NCBI GenBank assembly: GCA_044450345.1
Contig: JBIOIY010000024.1
Location: forward strand, 1-40,647
Source: Thermodesulfovibrionales bacterium
GTDB lineage: Bacteria > Nitrospirota > Thermodesulfovibrionia > Thermodesulfovibrionales > UBA6898
Direction of reading: 5' to 3'
DNA: 40,647 nucleotides
The notes beneath the pieces were generated by a model. The model was not told where the DNA came from and ran no database searches. It saw only the letters and a program-made list of their open reading frames with translations. Positions 1 through 8,562 of this stretch are shown piece by piece. Within the stretch, counting starts at the first letter, position 1. The number at the start of each line of letters is the position of its first letter. A program made the position numbers and the translations under genes.

Positions 1-1255
1 ACAGACCAGCAAGAAGATCATAAAGAAGATCAAGCGCTTTTCAGGGGTGAGCGACATTATCGAGAAGCAGACCCTGGCATTGGAAGACGTCAGCGGCAGG
101 CCGCTTGTGGCAGGCAACAAGGTCACCCTCCTGATAGACGGACCTGCGACATACGCCGCAATGCTGAAGGCTGTCAGAGAGGCAAAAAACAATATCAACA
201 TCGAGACCTTCATTTTCGAAGACGACGAAGTCGGAAGGCTCTTCGCTGAGGAGTTTCTGAAAAAGCAGGCCGAAGGCGTTCAGGTCAATATCATCTATGA
301 CAGCATGGGTTCGAAAAATACGCCGCAGGCCTTCTTTCAAAAACTGCGCGACAGTGGGATCAATGTCCTCGAATTCAACCCTGTCAATCCCTTGTTGACC
401 CTTGTCGGGGAGTCGCATTTGGCCCACCGGGACCACCGTAAAATCCTCGTTGTGGACGGCTCGATCGCCTTTACCGGCGGCGTCAACATAAGTCATGTTT
501 ACACCAGCCTATCCGGGATAGCTGGTGAACATAAGAAAGAGGAGATGAAAGAGAGAGAGATCGAGGAACCCTGGCGAGATACGCATGTGCAGATCGAAGG
601 ACCTGCCGCCGCTGAATTTCAGAAGCTTTTTCTGGATACCTGGAAGGACCGGAAGGGACCTGAACTTCAGGAGAAAGACTATTTACGGCAGCTGAAACCA
701 AAAGGAAGCGACTTAGTGCAGGTGATCGGCAGCGTCCCCGGAGAGCTGAACAGGGTCACCTTCATTATGTATGTCGCAGCGTTTCTGAATGCGCAGCGCT
801 CTGTCCATCTCACCACGCCATACTTCGTGCCCGACAGACAGGCGATGAGCGCTCTTATCGACGCTGCCAAACGCGGGGTCGATGTGAAGATCATCCTGCC
901 TGAGATGAGTGATTCGGGTCTAACCCTCTATGCCGGCCATTATCAATACTCAAACCTTCTGAAGTCAGGCGTAAAGCTTTATGAACGACAGCATGCGATG
1001 ATACATGCCAAGACCTCGGTGGTCGACGGGGTATGGTCCACGGTCGGATCCACGAACATGGACCTGTGGAGTTTTCTCCATAACGACGAGGTGAATGCGA
1101 TCATCATCGGCGGCGATTTTGCCGCTGAGATGGAAGCCTTGTTCGAACACGACCTGGAACAGTCAAAGGAAGTAGTCCCCGATGAATGGAGAAGGCGGCC
1201 TCTTTTACCCCGCATCAAGGAGTGGTTCGCTCACCTCTTCAGACGCTATCTGTAG
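1..1255 (+). CDS. cls: Cardiolipin synthase (phospholipase D family), 5' end outside the window
   Basis: Two HKD motifs (HRKILVVDG, HAKTSVVDG), plus WRDTHV and TPYFVP. The frame stays open upstream of GTG 47 to the window edge (QTSKKIIKKIKRFSGV). Confidence 0.9.
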   Translation, partial: QTSKKIIKKIKRFSGVSDIIEKQTLALEDVSGRPLVAGNKVTLLIDGPATYAAMLKAVREAKNNINIETFIFEDDEVGRLFAEEFLKKQAEGVQVNIIYDSMGSKNTPQAFFQKLRDSGINVLEFNPVNPLLTLVGESHLAHRDHRKILVVDGSIAFTGGVNISHVYTSLSGIAGEHKKEEMKEREIEEPWRDTHVQIEGPAAAEFQKLFLDTWKDRKGPELQEKDYLRQLKPKGSDLVQVIGSVPGELNRVTFIMYVAAFLNAQRSVHLTTPYFVPDRQAMSALIDAAKRGVDVKIILPEMSDSGLTLYAGHYQYSNLLKSGVKLYERQHAMIHAKTSVVDGVWSTVGSTNMDLWSFLHNDEVNAIIIGGDFAAEMEALFEHDLEQSKEVVPDEWRRRPLLPRIKEWFAHLFRRYL

Positions 1256-1331
1256 CGCCCGCTGCCTTTTCGACAGTCAATGTTCAAGCCCGAGAGAGGC
1301 GGGTCTTGCCGCGTTGTGAGGTTGTCTCGGG

Positions 1332-1364
1332 TTGTATATTTTAGTTACTTGGGGTTAATATATT
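1332..1364 (+). promoter_or_regulatory. Possible sigma70 promoter giving a leaderless or near-leaderless transcript for the 1370 ORF
   Basis: TTGTAT (1332-1337), 18 bp, TAATAT (1356-1361), overlapped by TATATT (1359-1364). ATG 1370 lies at the predicted +1 and has no good SD. Confidence 0.35.
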
Positions 1365-1369
1365 TTGTC

Positions 1370-1714
1370 ATGATAGAGAAAAGAGTTGTCATTTTTCTCA
1401 TTGCCTTTGCAATCGTCGTTCAGAACACCTGTCCTTATGGATGGGCGGCGAAAACGGCCTTTGTATCTCCTTATACATCTCACTGCCCTCACTGCCCAAA
1501 GAAGGAAGACCACAAGCCGGCGAAGTCAGATTCGCGGAATGATGTCAAAAAAGATTTATCAAGTATCAATCACCTTTTTATGATCCATATCGGCAAACTC
1601 GATACTGCATTCCAACTTCTTTCCCCGACAGAGCATGCTCCATCTATTAAGTCCGACGATTTTATGGATGTGTATTTAGAGCCGCTCTTAAGACCCCCCT
1701 GTCGTCTTTCCTAA
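1370..1714 (+). CDS. Small exported CxxC / C-terminal RPP protein (114 aa); DUF2946/CruR/CutF-like putative leader or arrest peptide
   Basis: From ATG 1370: signal/TM-like N-terminus (KRVVIFLIAFAIVV), HCPHC at aa 38-42, a hydrophilic linker, then LLRPP-CRLS at the C-terminus. Directly upstream of genes for His/Met-rich proteins. Confidence 0.65.
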   Translation: MIEKRVVIFLIAFAIVVQNTCPYGWAAKTAFVSPYTSHCPHCPKKEDHKPAKSDSRNDVKKDLSSINHLFMIHIGKLDTAFQLLSPTEHAPSIKSDDFMDVYLEPLLRPPCRLS

Positions 1715-1852
1715 TTACTAGAAGTACGAATAAGCCATCGAAACTGACGCAGACAACGTAGGGATGAGTGCCGATATAAGCGCGTTCACCTCAAACGATG
1801 CTTCAGTTCCGTGGAGACCGTTTTGCATTTATGATTTTTACTGGAGGCTTAT

Positions 1853-3046
1853 ATGAACAAGACTAAGATGATTTTCAATACCGCGATTGTGCTTTATTTT
1901 ATCATCGGGCTCGAAGTGCTGATAATGATAAGCCCGTTTGCGGGGTTCTTTTATTCGGTCTTCAACCCCGTACTGCTCAAACTATCTTCTCATTCCTCTA
2001 CGAGGTGGCTCAGTGCCTTTTACCTGCCCCATATGGTCCTGCCCCAGGACGGCTTCTTACAGTTTGTGCGGGTTATGGGGTCAGTCTTTTTCGTCATGGG
2101 CATCGCGATCTTTCTCATCTGCGCCATCCAGATATACACCGCAAAGCTCAGGCGAAAAGGAGCCGTGCTTGCAGGCCTGTATGCAGTGATACGCCACCCT
2201 CAATACCTTGGGCTCGGGATTGCGGGACTCGGGCTATCGATCCTCTGGCCGAGGTTTCTGACCGCCGTGTTGTGGCTCGTCATGATGGGAGTTTATTATC
2301 TTCTCGCTAAGGACGAGGAGCGGCGGATGCTGAATGCCCATGCAGAAACATATAGTAAGTATATGAAGAAGACTGGTATGTTCCTGCCGCGAGGGATCGG
2401 AAAATCGTTAACTCCCCTATCGCTTAGCGGAAAGCTCGTGCTTGCGCTCGGATTTGCCGGATTCGTGATGAGTGGGACGTTTCTGCTGCGGTCTTATACG
2501 GTCTCGCATCTCACTCTCTGGACAAAAGCAAAAAACGTCGTCGCCCTTTCAATCCTGCCCGAGGACGGCTTCAAGATGGAGCACCGCATGGAGAGCATCC
2601 TCGATCTCAAGGAAGTGAAAGAACGAATGCAGGACAATAAGAAGTACCTGGTCTACTTCCTGCCACGCGACTACATAATGCAAGGCATGATTGCGGATAC
2701 GGGTGGAGACTGGAAACTTTACAAGCGGCACCATACCGCGGCCATGATAACGGACTGGGTGTTTCACCCTTTCCGACATCTGCGCGAGGGACATCACGCC
2801 ATGCACAGCGGTATGCATATGCCGGATGGCAACAATGCGGGAATAGAGGGCGGGGTAATCCGGCGGCTCATCTTCCTTTCTATAGAGGATATTGAGATAA
2901 GGACCCCTGCGGACCTCTTTGCGATCAATGCCCTGCGCATGCCGCAGTTCATGGTGGACGTGGATGTGCACACCATGCAACTGCTTGATGTGAAGGACCT
3001 TGCGCATGGGAGCGGGTGGGGTACCGTACCGACCCCGGTATTTTGA
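1853..3046 (+). CDS. ICMT/PEMT-like membrane methyltransferase fused to a C-terminal domain with a His/Met-rich segment
   Basis: Several TM helices, GLYAVIRHPQY..EERR motif of the isoprenylcysteine carboxylmethyltransferase family, HHAMHSGMHM near the C-terminus, SD GGAGG at 1843-1847. Confidence 0.75.
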   Translation: MNKTKMIFNTAIVLYFIIGLEVLIMISPFAGFFYSVFNPVLLKLSSHSSTRWLSAFYLPHMVLPQDGFLQFVRVMGSVFFVMGIAIFLICAIQIYTAKLRRKGAVLAGLYAVIRHPQYLGLGIAGLGLSILWPRFLTAVLWLVMMGVYYLLAKDEERRMLNAHAETYSKYMKKTGMFLPRGIGKSLTPLSLSGKLVLALGFAGFVMSGTFLLRSYTVSHLTLWTKAKNVVALSILPEDGFKMEHRMESILDLKEVKERMQDNKKYLVYFLPRDYIMQGMIADTGGDWKLYKRHHTAAMITDWVFHPFRHLREGHHAMHSGMHMPDGNNAGIEGGVIRRLIFLSIEDIEIRTPADLFAINALRMPQFMVDVDVHTMQLLDVKDLAHGSGWGTVPTPVF

Positions 3047-3074
3047 AGCGATGATGATAAGAAAGGAGGATTAA

Positions 3075-4253
3075 ATGAAAAAAGCGATTTTGTTATTGGG
3101 CGTCTTGTTCTTGATAATCTCCGGACATGCCTTCGCAGGAGAAAAGAGCGTTGAAACAGAAAGGTATGCCTTCGTCACAAACGAAGGGGATAATAACCTC
3201 CTGGTCGTCGATCTTAAATCCGAAAAAACCGTCAAGGTCATCCCAACCGGAAAGACGCCCCATGCCCTCGTCTTCACTGCGGACGGGAAAGGTTATGTAA
3301 GCAACAGGGGTTCCAAAGAGCTGACTGTCATCGACGGTAATAAATTCGAAGTCATAAAGACCGTGCCTCTCCCGGCAACTTCTTTTCAACTGGCCCTGTC
3401 CCCTGACGGAAAGACCCTTTCCGTAGCCTATAAAGACGCCCTTAGGATCTCCTTTATCGACACGGCGACCGATGAGATCATAAAGACCATTCCCATAGGA
3501 AAAGAACCGGAAGGGGTCTTTAAAGGCGCGATGATGAGGCATCCGTACTGGTCTAAAGACGGCGGCTTTGTGTACGCGTCTGATGACGTCAACAACACTA
3601 TTGTGAAAATCGATGCAAAAACCGGGGAGATCAAAACGACCATCGCGTTGCCGGGTCCGAACCACTACCTTCATTCTTCCAGGGACGGCAAGCTGCTTTA
3701 CGCCGTGAACGAGGCGGAGAGAGGAGGAAGGACTTCTGTAACCGTGATAGACAGCGGAACCGACAAGGTGGTGAAGGACATTCCGGTCCCTCTTGGATCC
3801 GGCGAGCAAGGTATTCTGCATCATGGCGAATTCACAAAGGACGGGAAGTATTTCTTTGTCTGCAATGAGGGCGGCAGGACGGTGGCGATCATAGACACCG
3901 CCAAACTTGAGGTCGCAAAAACGATCAAGGCCGGCCCGGGGGCAGGGCATCCCGCTATGACGAAGGACGGAAAGTATATATTCGTCATTCAGCATAAGGA
4001 CAACACGGTCGCTGTTATCGACGTGAAGAAACAGGAGGTCGTGAAGAATATTTCCGTAGGAGACGGCAAAAAGCAGGCCCACGCCTCCTATTTCACGCCT
4101 GACGGCGCCTTTTTCTATATGGTCAACGCCGAAGACGGCACAATAAATAAAATCGACACGGCTAAAATGGAAGTGGTATCAAAGATCCCTGTGGGCAAGT
4201 CTTCGATGTTTTTCGGCATTAAGGAAGGGAAAGGGTTCCCGGCTACCGAGTGA
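3075..4253 (+). CDS. Secreted YVTN/YncE-type beta-propeller repeat protein
   Basis: Signal peptide ending AFA, repeated (S/T)xDGK..YV.N / V.VID..K.I.VG blade motifs, SD AGGAGG. Confidence 0.85.
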   Translation: MKKAILLLGVLFLIISGHAFAGEKSVETERYAFVTNEGDNNLLVVDLKSEKTVKVIPTGKTPHALVFTADGKGYVSNRGSKELTVIDGNKFEVIKTVPLPATSFQLALSPDGKTLSVAYKDALRISFIDTATDEIIKTIPIGKEPEGVFKGAMMRHPYWSKDGGFVYASDDVNNTIVKIDAKTGEIKTTIALPGPNHYLHSSRDGKLLYAVNEAERGGRTSVTVIDSGTDKVVKDIPVPLGSGEQGILHHGEFTKDGKYFFVCNEGGRTVAIIDTAKLEVAKTIKAGPGAGHPAMTKDGKYIFVIQHKDNTVAVIDVKKQEVVKNISVGDGKKQAHASYFTPDGAFFYMVNAEDGTINKIDTAKMEVVSKIPVGKSSMFFGIKEGKGFPATE

Positions 4254-4300
4254 GAAGACTGATATCGGAGGTAGTGCTAATCGCCTTAGGAGTCTGTCGT

Positions 4301-4329
4301 TTGCAGCGGACCTTTTTCCATGGTAGGAT
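4301..4329 (+). promoter_or_regulatory. Putative sigma70 promoter for the 4458 ORF
   Basis: TTGCAG (4301-4306), 17 bp, TAGGAT (4324-4329) with an extended -10 TG. Confidence 0.45.
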
Positions 4330-4457
4330 TCGATAAAGAGGGACGGACAAAGGCGTGAAACCGGGGTGAGAAGCAGAAGTCCGATTTCTCCAGGCGAAAA
4401 ACCGGAGAACGGGGGAAAAAAGAGGTAGACGCATACGGCTGGCGAAAAGGGAGGAGT

Positions 4458-5066
4458 ATGAGCGAACTGGAGAGAGGGCCGCAGATCCCGGACAGGAGGG
4501 AAAACAAGGATCTTGTCGGAGAGGCATGGTATGCAGGTATAAATTCTCCTTTGGAGGACGATTCAAGGGCTACATGCACGCTTCTCATGTCATATCTGGG
4601 TGTGGGGCCGAGATCAAAAGGCGTTGAATATATTCTCTCCGCCCTCGAAGGACCGGGAGACAACCATAAGAAGGCGAGATGTCTCGGTGAAGTGATGGAA
4701 TATCTGGCGAACGACCCGTCCGACTACTATCACCGGCTTCGGCCGAAGGACATCGACTATACAAGCGAGCACGGCTTTGACCATCGTGCCGACGACTTTT
4801 ATAAGGCCCTTGACATCGACCCGAAAGGGCAGATGGAAGTCATGGGCATCGTGCTCGAGATCAGCAATGGGATACTGAAATCCATCGTAGGCAACGGCCG
4901 GTTAACGGCGTCAAATAGCAGTCGCGTGTTCGAGGACGTACTCGACATGCATTCACAAACCGACCGGAAAGTTATTGCTGCCGCGATTTATAATTTCTTT
5001 ACAGCCCCGCTGCCGAGGCCGAAGACGTTCGGGCCTCCGGTCAAATTGCCGCCGTCTTCCTTTTAG
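4458..5066 (+). CDS. Hypothetical protein (202 aa)
   Basis: Strong SD (GGAGGAG) before ATG and protein-like composition. No family recognised. Confidence 0.65.
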   Translation: MSELERGPQIPDRRENKDLVGEAWYAGINSPLEDDSRATCTLLMSYLGVGPRSKGVEYILSALEGPGDNHKKARCLGEVMEYLANDPSDYYHRLRPKDIDYTSEHGFDHRADDFYKALDIDPKGQMEVMGIVLEISNGILKSIVGNGRLTASNSSRVFEDVLDMHSQTDRKVIAAAIYNFFTAPLPRPKTFGPPVKLPPSSF

Positions 5067-5215
5067 CGTCGTGCGGTCCGGGCGCCTTTCCAGGTCTTTA
5101 TCGTTTGTTCCCTTTCACTTCCTGCAGCCCCCTACCCAAGTAGGATTGACTATTTATTCCAAAGGCATCAAATTATAGGAGAAAGGTATAAGACAATACC
5201 CTGGAAAGGAACAAA

Positions 5216-5443
5216 ATGCATCATATCGAAGGACCAGAGCGGGACGCACAGAGACGGAAGGCCATTGAAGAGTTCCGCATCCAAAAAGTAGGGCTCCTTC
5301 TGCATATAATCGAAGAGTTGGACAACATGGAACTGGATGTCATGGAGATGGAAGCTGTACTTCGTTCCTGCGGCCTGGATTACAAATGTGCGATGAAGAT
5401 CGGCGCAGCCCTGAGGGATGAGGAGGAGGACGGCGGCAAATAA
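5216..5443 (+). CDS. Hypothetical small acidic helical protein (75 aa)
   Basis: SD AAGGA before ATG; followed by a hairpin and T-tract. Confidence 0.6.
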   Translation: MHHIEGPERDAQRRKAIEEFRIQKVGLLLHIIEELDNMELDVMEMEAVLRSCGLDYKCAMKIGAALRDEEEDGGK

Positions 5444-5460
5444 ACCGGAAGCGGTAATGC

Positions 5461-5486
5461 AAGGGAACTACGGTCCCTTTATTTTC
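5461..5486 (+). terminator. Possible intrinsic terminator
   Basis: AAGGGA-actacgg-TCCCTT stem-loop followed by TATTTT. Confidence 0.45.
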
Positions 5487-5574
5487 CTCGATCGTCATTG
5501 TACACTAGTACACCAGTTGAGAAGCACGTCGCGCTTCTCACGCGTAATGGATATGTGAAATCGAGGAGGAATGG

Positions 5575-6012
5575 ATGAAGTATCAGGTCGGCAGGCCCGG
5601 GAGGGTTGTGATAGTAAGGTTTGAAGATAGAGATGACGTTATCGGGAGCCTCGTGGGACTCGCAAAAAGAGAAAATATCAGGGCGGCGGTCTTCCATCTT
5701 GTCGGCGGCATGCGGCAGGGAAGCATCGTGGTGGGTCCGGAAAAAGATGAATTCCCTCCCATCCCGGTCTGGAAGAGCTTAGACGAGAGCCATGAAGTCG
5801 TCGGCACCGGTACGATCTTCTGGCTGGAAGAGACCCCGAAGGTACATTTTCACGGCGCCTTCGGCAAAAAAGATATGGTAAAGGTGGGATGTCTCAGGGA
5901 GAATTCCGAGACCTTCCTCGTGCTCGAGGCCGTCGTCGTCGAGGTAGAAGGCGTCACCGCCAGGAGAGAACTCGATCCGGTCTCCGGGATGGTGTTGCTG
6001 AAACTGGACTAA
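5575..6012 (+). CDS. PPC domain / DUF296 protein
   Basis: Typical E..GTG and HxH (VHFHG) motifs, size about 145 aa, SD GAGGAGG. Confidence 0.85.
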   Translation: MKYQVGRPGRVVIVRFEDRDDVIGSLVGLAKRENIRAAVFHLVGGMRQGSIVVGPEKDEFPPIPVWKSLDESHEVVGTGTIFWLEETPKVHFHGAFGKKDMVKVGCLRENSETFLVLEAVVVEVEGVTARRELDPVSGMVLLKLD

Positions 6013-6013
6013 T

Positions 6014-7077
<1,064 letters not shown>

Positions 7078-7090
7078 TCACTTTGCAGCA

Positions 7091-8461
7091 TTATTTCAGC
7101 CGGCGCATCACCGAGTCCAATTTTTCCTCAACGGTCGCCCGTATCCTCTCCAGCGACGTCTCGTTCGAGGCCTCGAACCTCATCACAAGGGCAGGTTGGG
7201 TATTGGACGCCCTTATAAGCGCCCATCCGTCACTGAAATGGATCCTCGCTCCGTCGATGGTGTTCACATCATATTTTGAAAAGGCATCCCTCATCATCTC
7301 CGTCACCCTGAACTTCAGGTCGTCCGGGCAATCAAATCGTATCTCGGGCGTTGAAAAAACACGAGGCAGTCCGGCCAATAATCTTTTCATCCGATACGGC
7401 TCGCCTGTTTTTTTGAGGATCTCCAGCAGCCTGAGTGTCGCGTAGATCGCATCGTCGTAGCCGAAATACCGGTCGGCAAAAAAAATATGGCCGCTCATCT
7501 CCCCCGCTGCAAGGGCCTTCTCCTCTTTCATCTTCTTCTTGATGAGGGAATGACCGGTCTTCCACATGATCGCTTTGCCTCCGTGACGTATGATATCGTC
7601 ATACATGATCTGGGAACACTTCACCTCTCCTATAATAGCGGCGCCGGGCGACTTCTCCAGGATGTCCCTGGCAAATACTATCATGAGCCGGTCTCCCCAT
7701 ATGATCTCACCGTCGGAGTCGACCACCCCTATCCTGTCGGAATCGCCGTCGTAGGCCACGCCCAGGTCCGCCGACTCGGACCTGACCTTTTCTCTTAGGG
7801 GCTGAAGGTTCTCCGGCACGACAGGGTCCGGATGATGGTTTGGGAAATTGCCGTCGGGCTCGCAGAACAACCTTATGACCTTCGCGCCGAGTTCTTCCAG
7901 TATGCGGGGGGCGACGAGTCCGGCGGTACCGTTTCCTGCATCAAGCACAACCTTAATGCCCGAGAGGTCGGGGAAATCTTTTTTAAGATAATCCACATAA
8001 TCGCCGAGTATCTCCTTTTTCTCGACAGTGCCGTTCCCCTCTGCAAATTCTTCCGCCTCGGCGATCTCCCTGAGATGCTGTATCCCTTCTCCGAAAATAG
8101 TCTCTTTCCCGATGCTCAGTTTGAAGCCGTTATATTCCGGCGGGTTGTGGCTCCCTGTTACCATCACACCTCCGTCGACATCAAGCCTGTGGAGAGAAAA
8201 ATACTGGACCGGTGTCGGACACTCGCCGATATCTATAACTCCGGAACCGGTCGAGACAATACCTCTTATGAGTTCTTTTGCGATGGCCCCTGAACTCAGT
8301 CTCACGTCCCTGCCCACAGAAAGGCTGACACTTTTTTTCCCCGAAGCCCTCACGGCGAGGGTACCAAAGGCCCTGCCGATGAGATACACCGATTCGGGCG
8401 TCAGGTCCTTTGACCAGACACCTCTGATGTCGTATTGTCTGAATATCTTCTTCTCTACCAT
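7091..8461 (-). CDS. Phosphomannomutase/phosphoglucomutase (AlgC/ManB type)
   Basis: TGSHNP phosphoserine loop, DGDSDR metal loop, GEMSGH sugar loop, RASNTQP. Confidence 0.95.
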   Translation of the reverse strand: MVEKKIFRQYDIRGVWSKDLTPESVYLIGRAFGTLAVRASGKKSVSLSVGRDVRLSSGAIAKELIRGIVSTGSGVIDIGECPTPVQYFSLHRLDVDGGVMVTGSHNPPEYNGFKLSIGKETIFGEGIQHLREIAEAEEFAEGNGTVEKKEILGDYVDYLKKDFPDLSGIKVVLDAGNGTAGLVAPRILEELGAKVIRLFCEPDGNFPNHHPDPVVPENLQPLREKVRSESADLGVAYDGDSDRIGVVDSDGEIIWGDRLMIVFARDILEKSPGAAIIGEVKCSQIMYDDIIRHGGKAIMWKTGHSLIKKKMKEEKALAAGEMSGHIFFADRYFGYDDAIYATLRLLEILKKTGEPYRMKRLLAGLPRVFSTPEIRFDCPDDLKFRVTEMMRDAFSKYDVNTIDGARIHFSDGWALIRASNTQPALVMRFEASNETSLERIRATVEEKLDSVMRRLK

Positions 8462-8498
8462 CTTCTCAGCGCTTGCGCCGCTCCTCTCAGGCCCCGGG

Positions 8499-8528
8499 AT
8501 TTTACCATAATGCGGGACCGTTTACCAA
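8499..8528 (-). promoter_or_regulatory. Putative internal promoter for PMM-galE
   Basis: Minus strand TTGGTA, 18 bp, TAAAAT with an extended -10 TG, in the 100 bp gap after wecA. Confidence 0.45.
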
Positions 8529-8562
8529 CCGGAGGGATCATCCCCGGCACAGGCCTCTCCCC

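Noticed and set aside
3093..4082. 329-aa antisense ORF, and the many other overlapping shadow ORFs in the track
   Set aside because: They fully overlap well-supported genes on the other strand or frame and show no recognisable motifs.
3075..4253. Propeller as cytochrome cd1 nitrite reductase (NirS/NirN/NirF)
   Set aside because: No CxxCH haem c domain and no nir genes nearby; only the generic propeller fold is supported.
4330..4457. Known riboswitch in the long leader of the 4458 ORF
   Set aside because: No conserved motif of a riboswitch class I recognise; only one modest hairpin.
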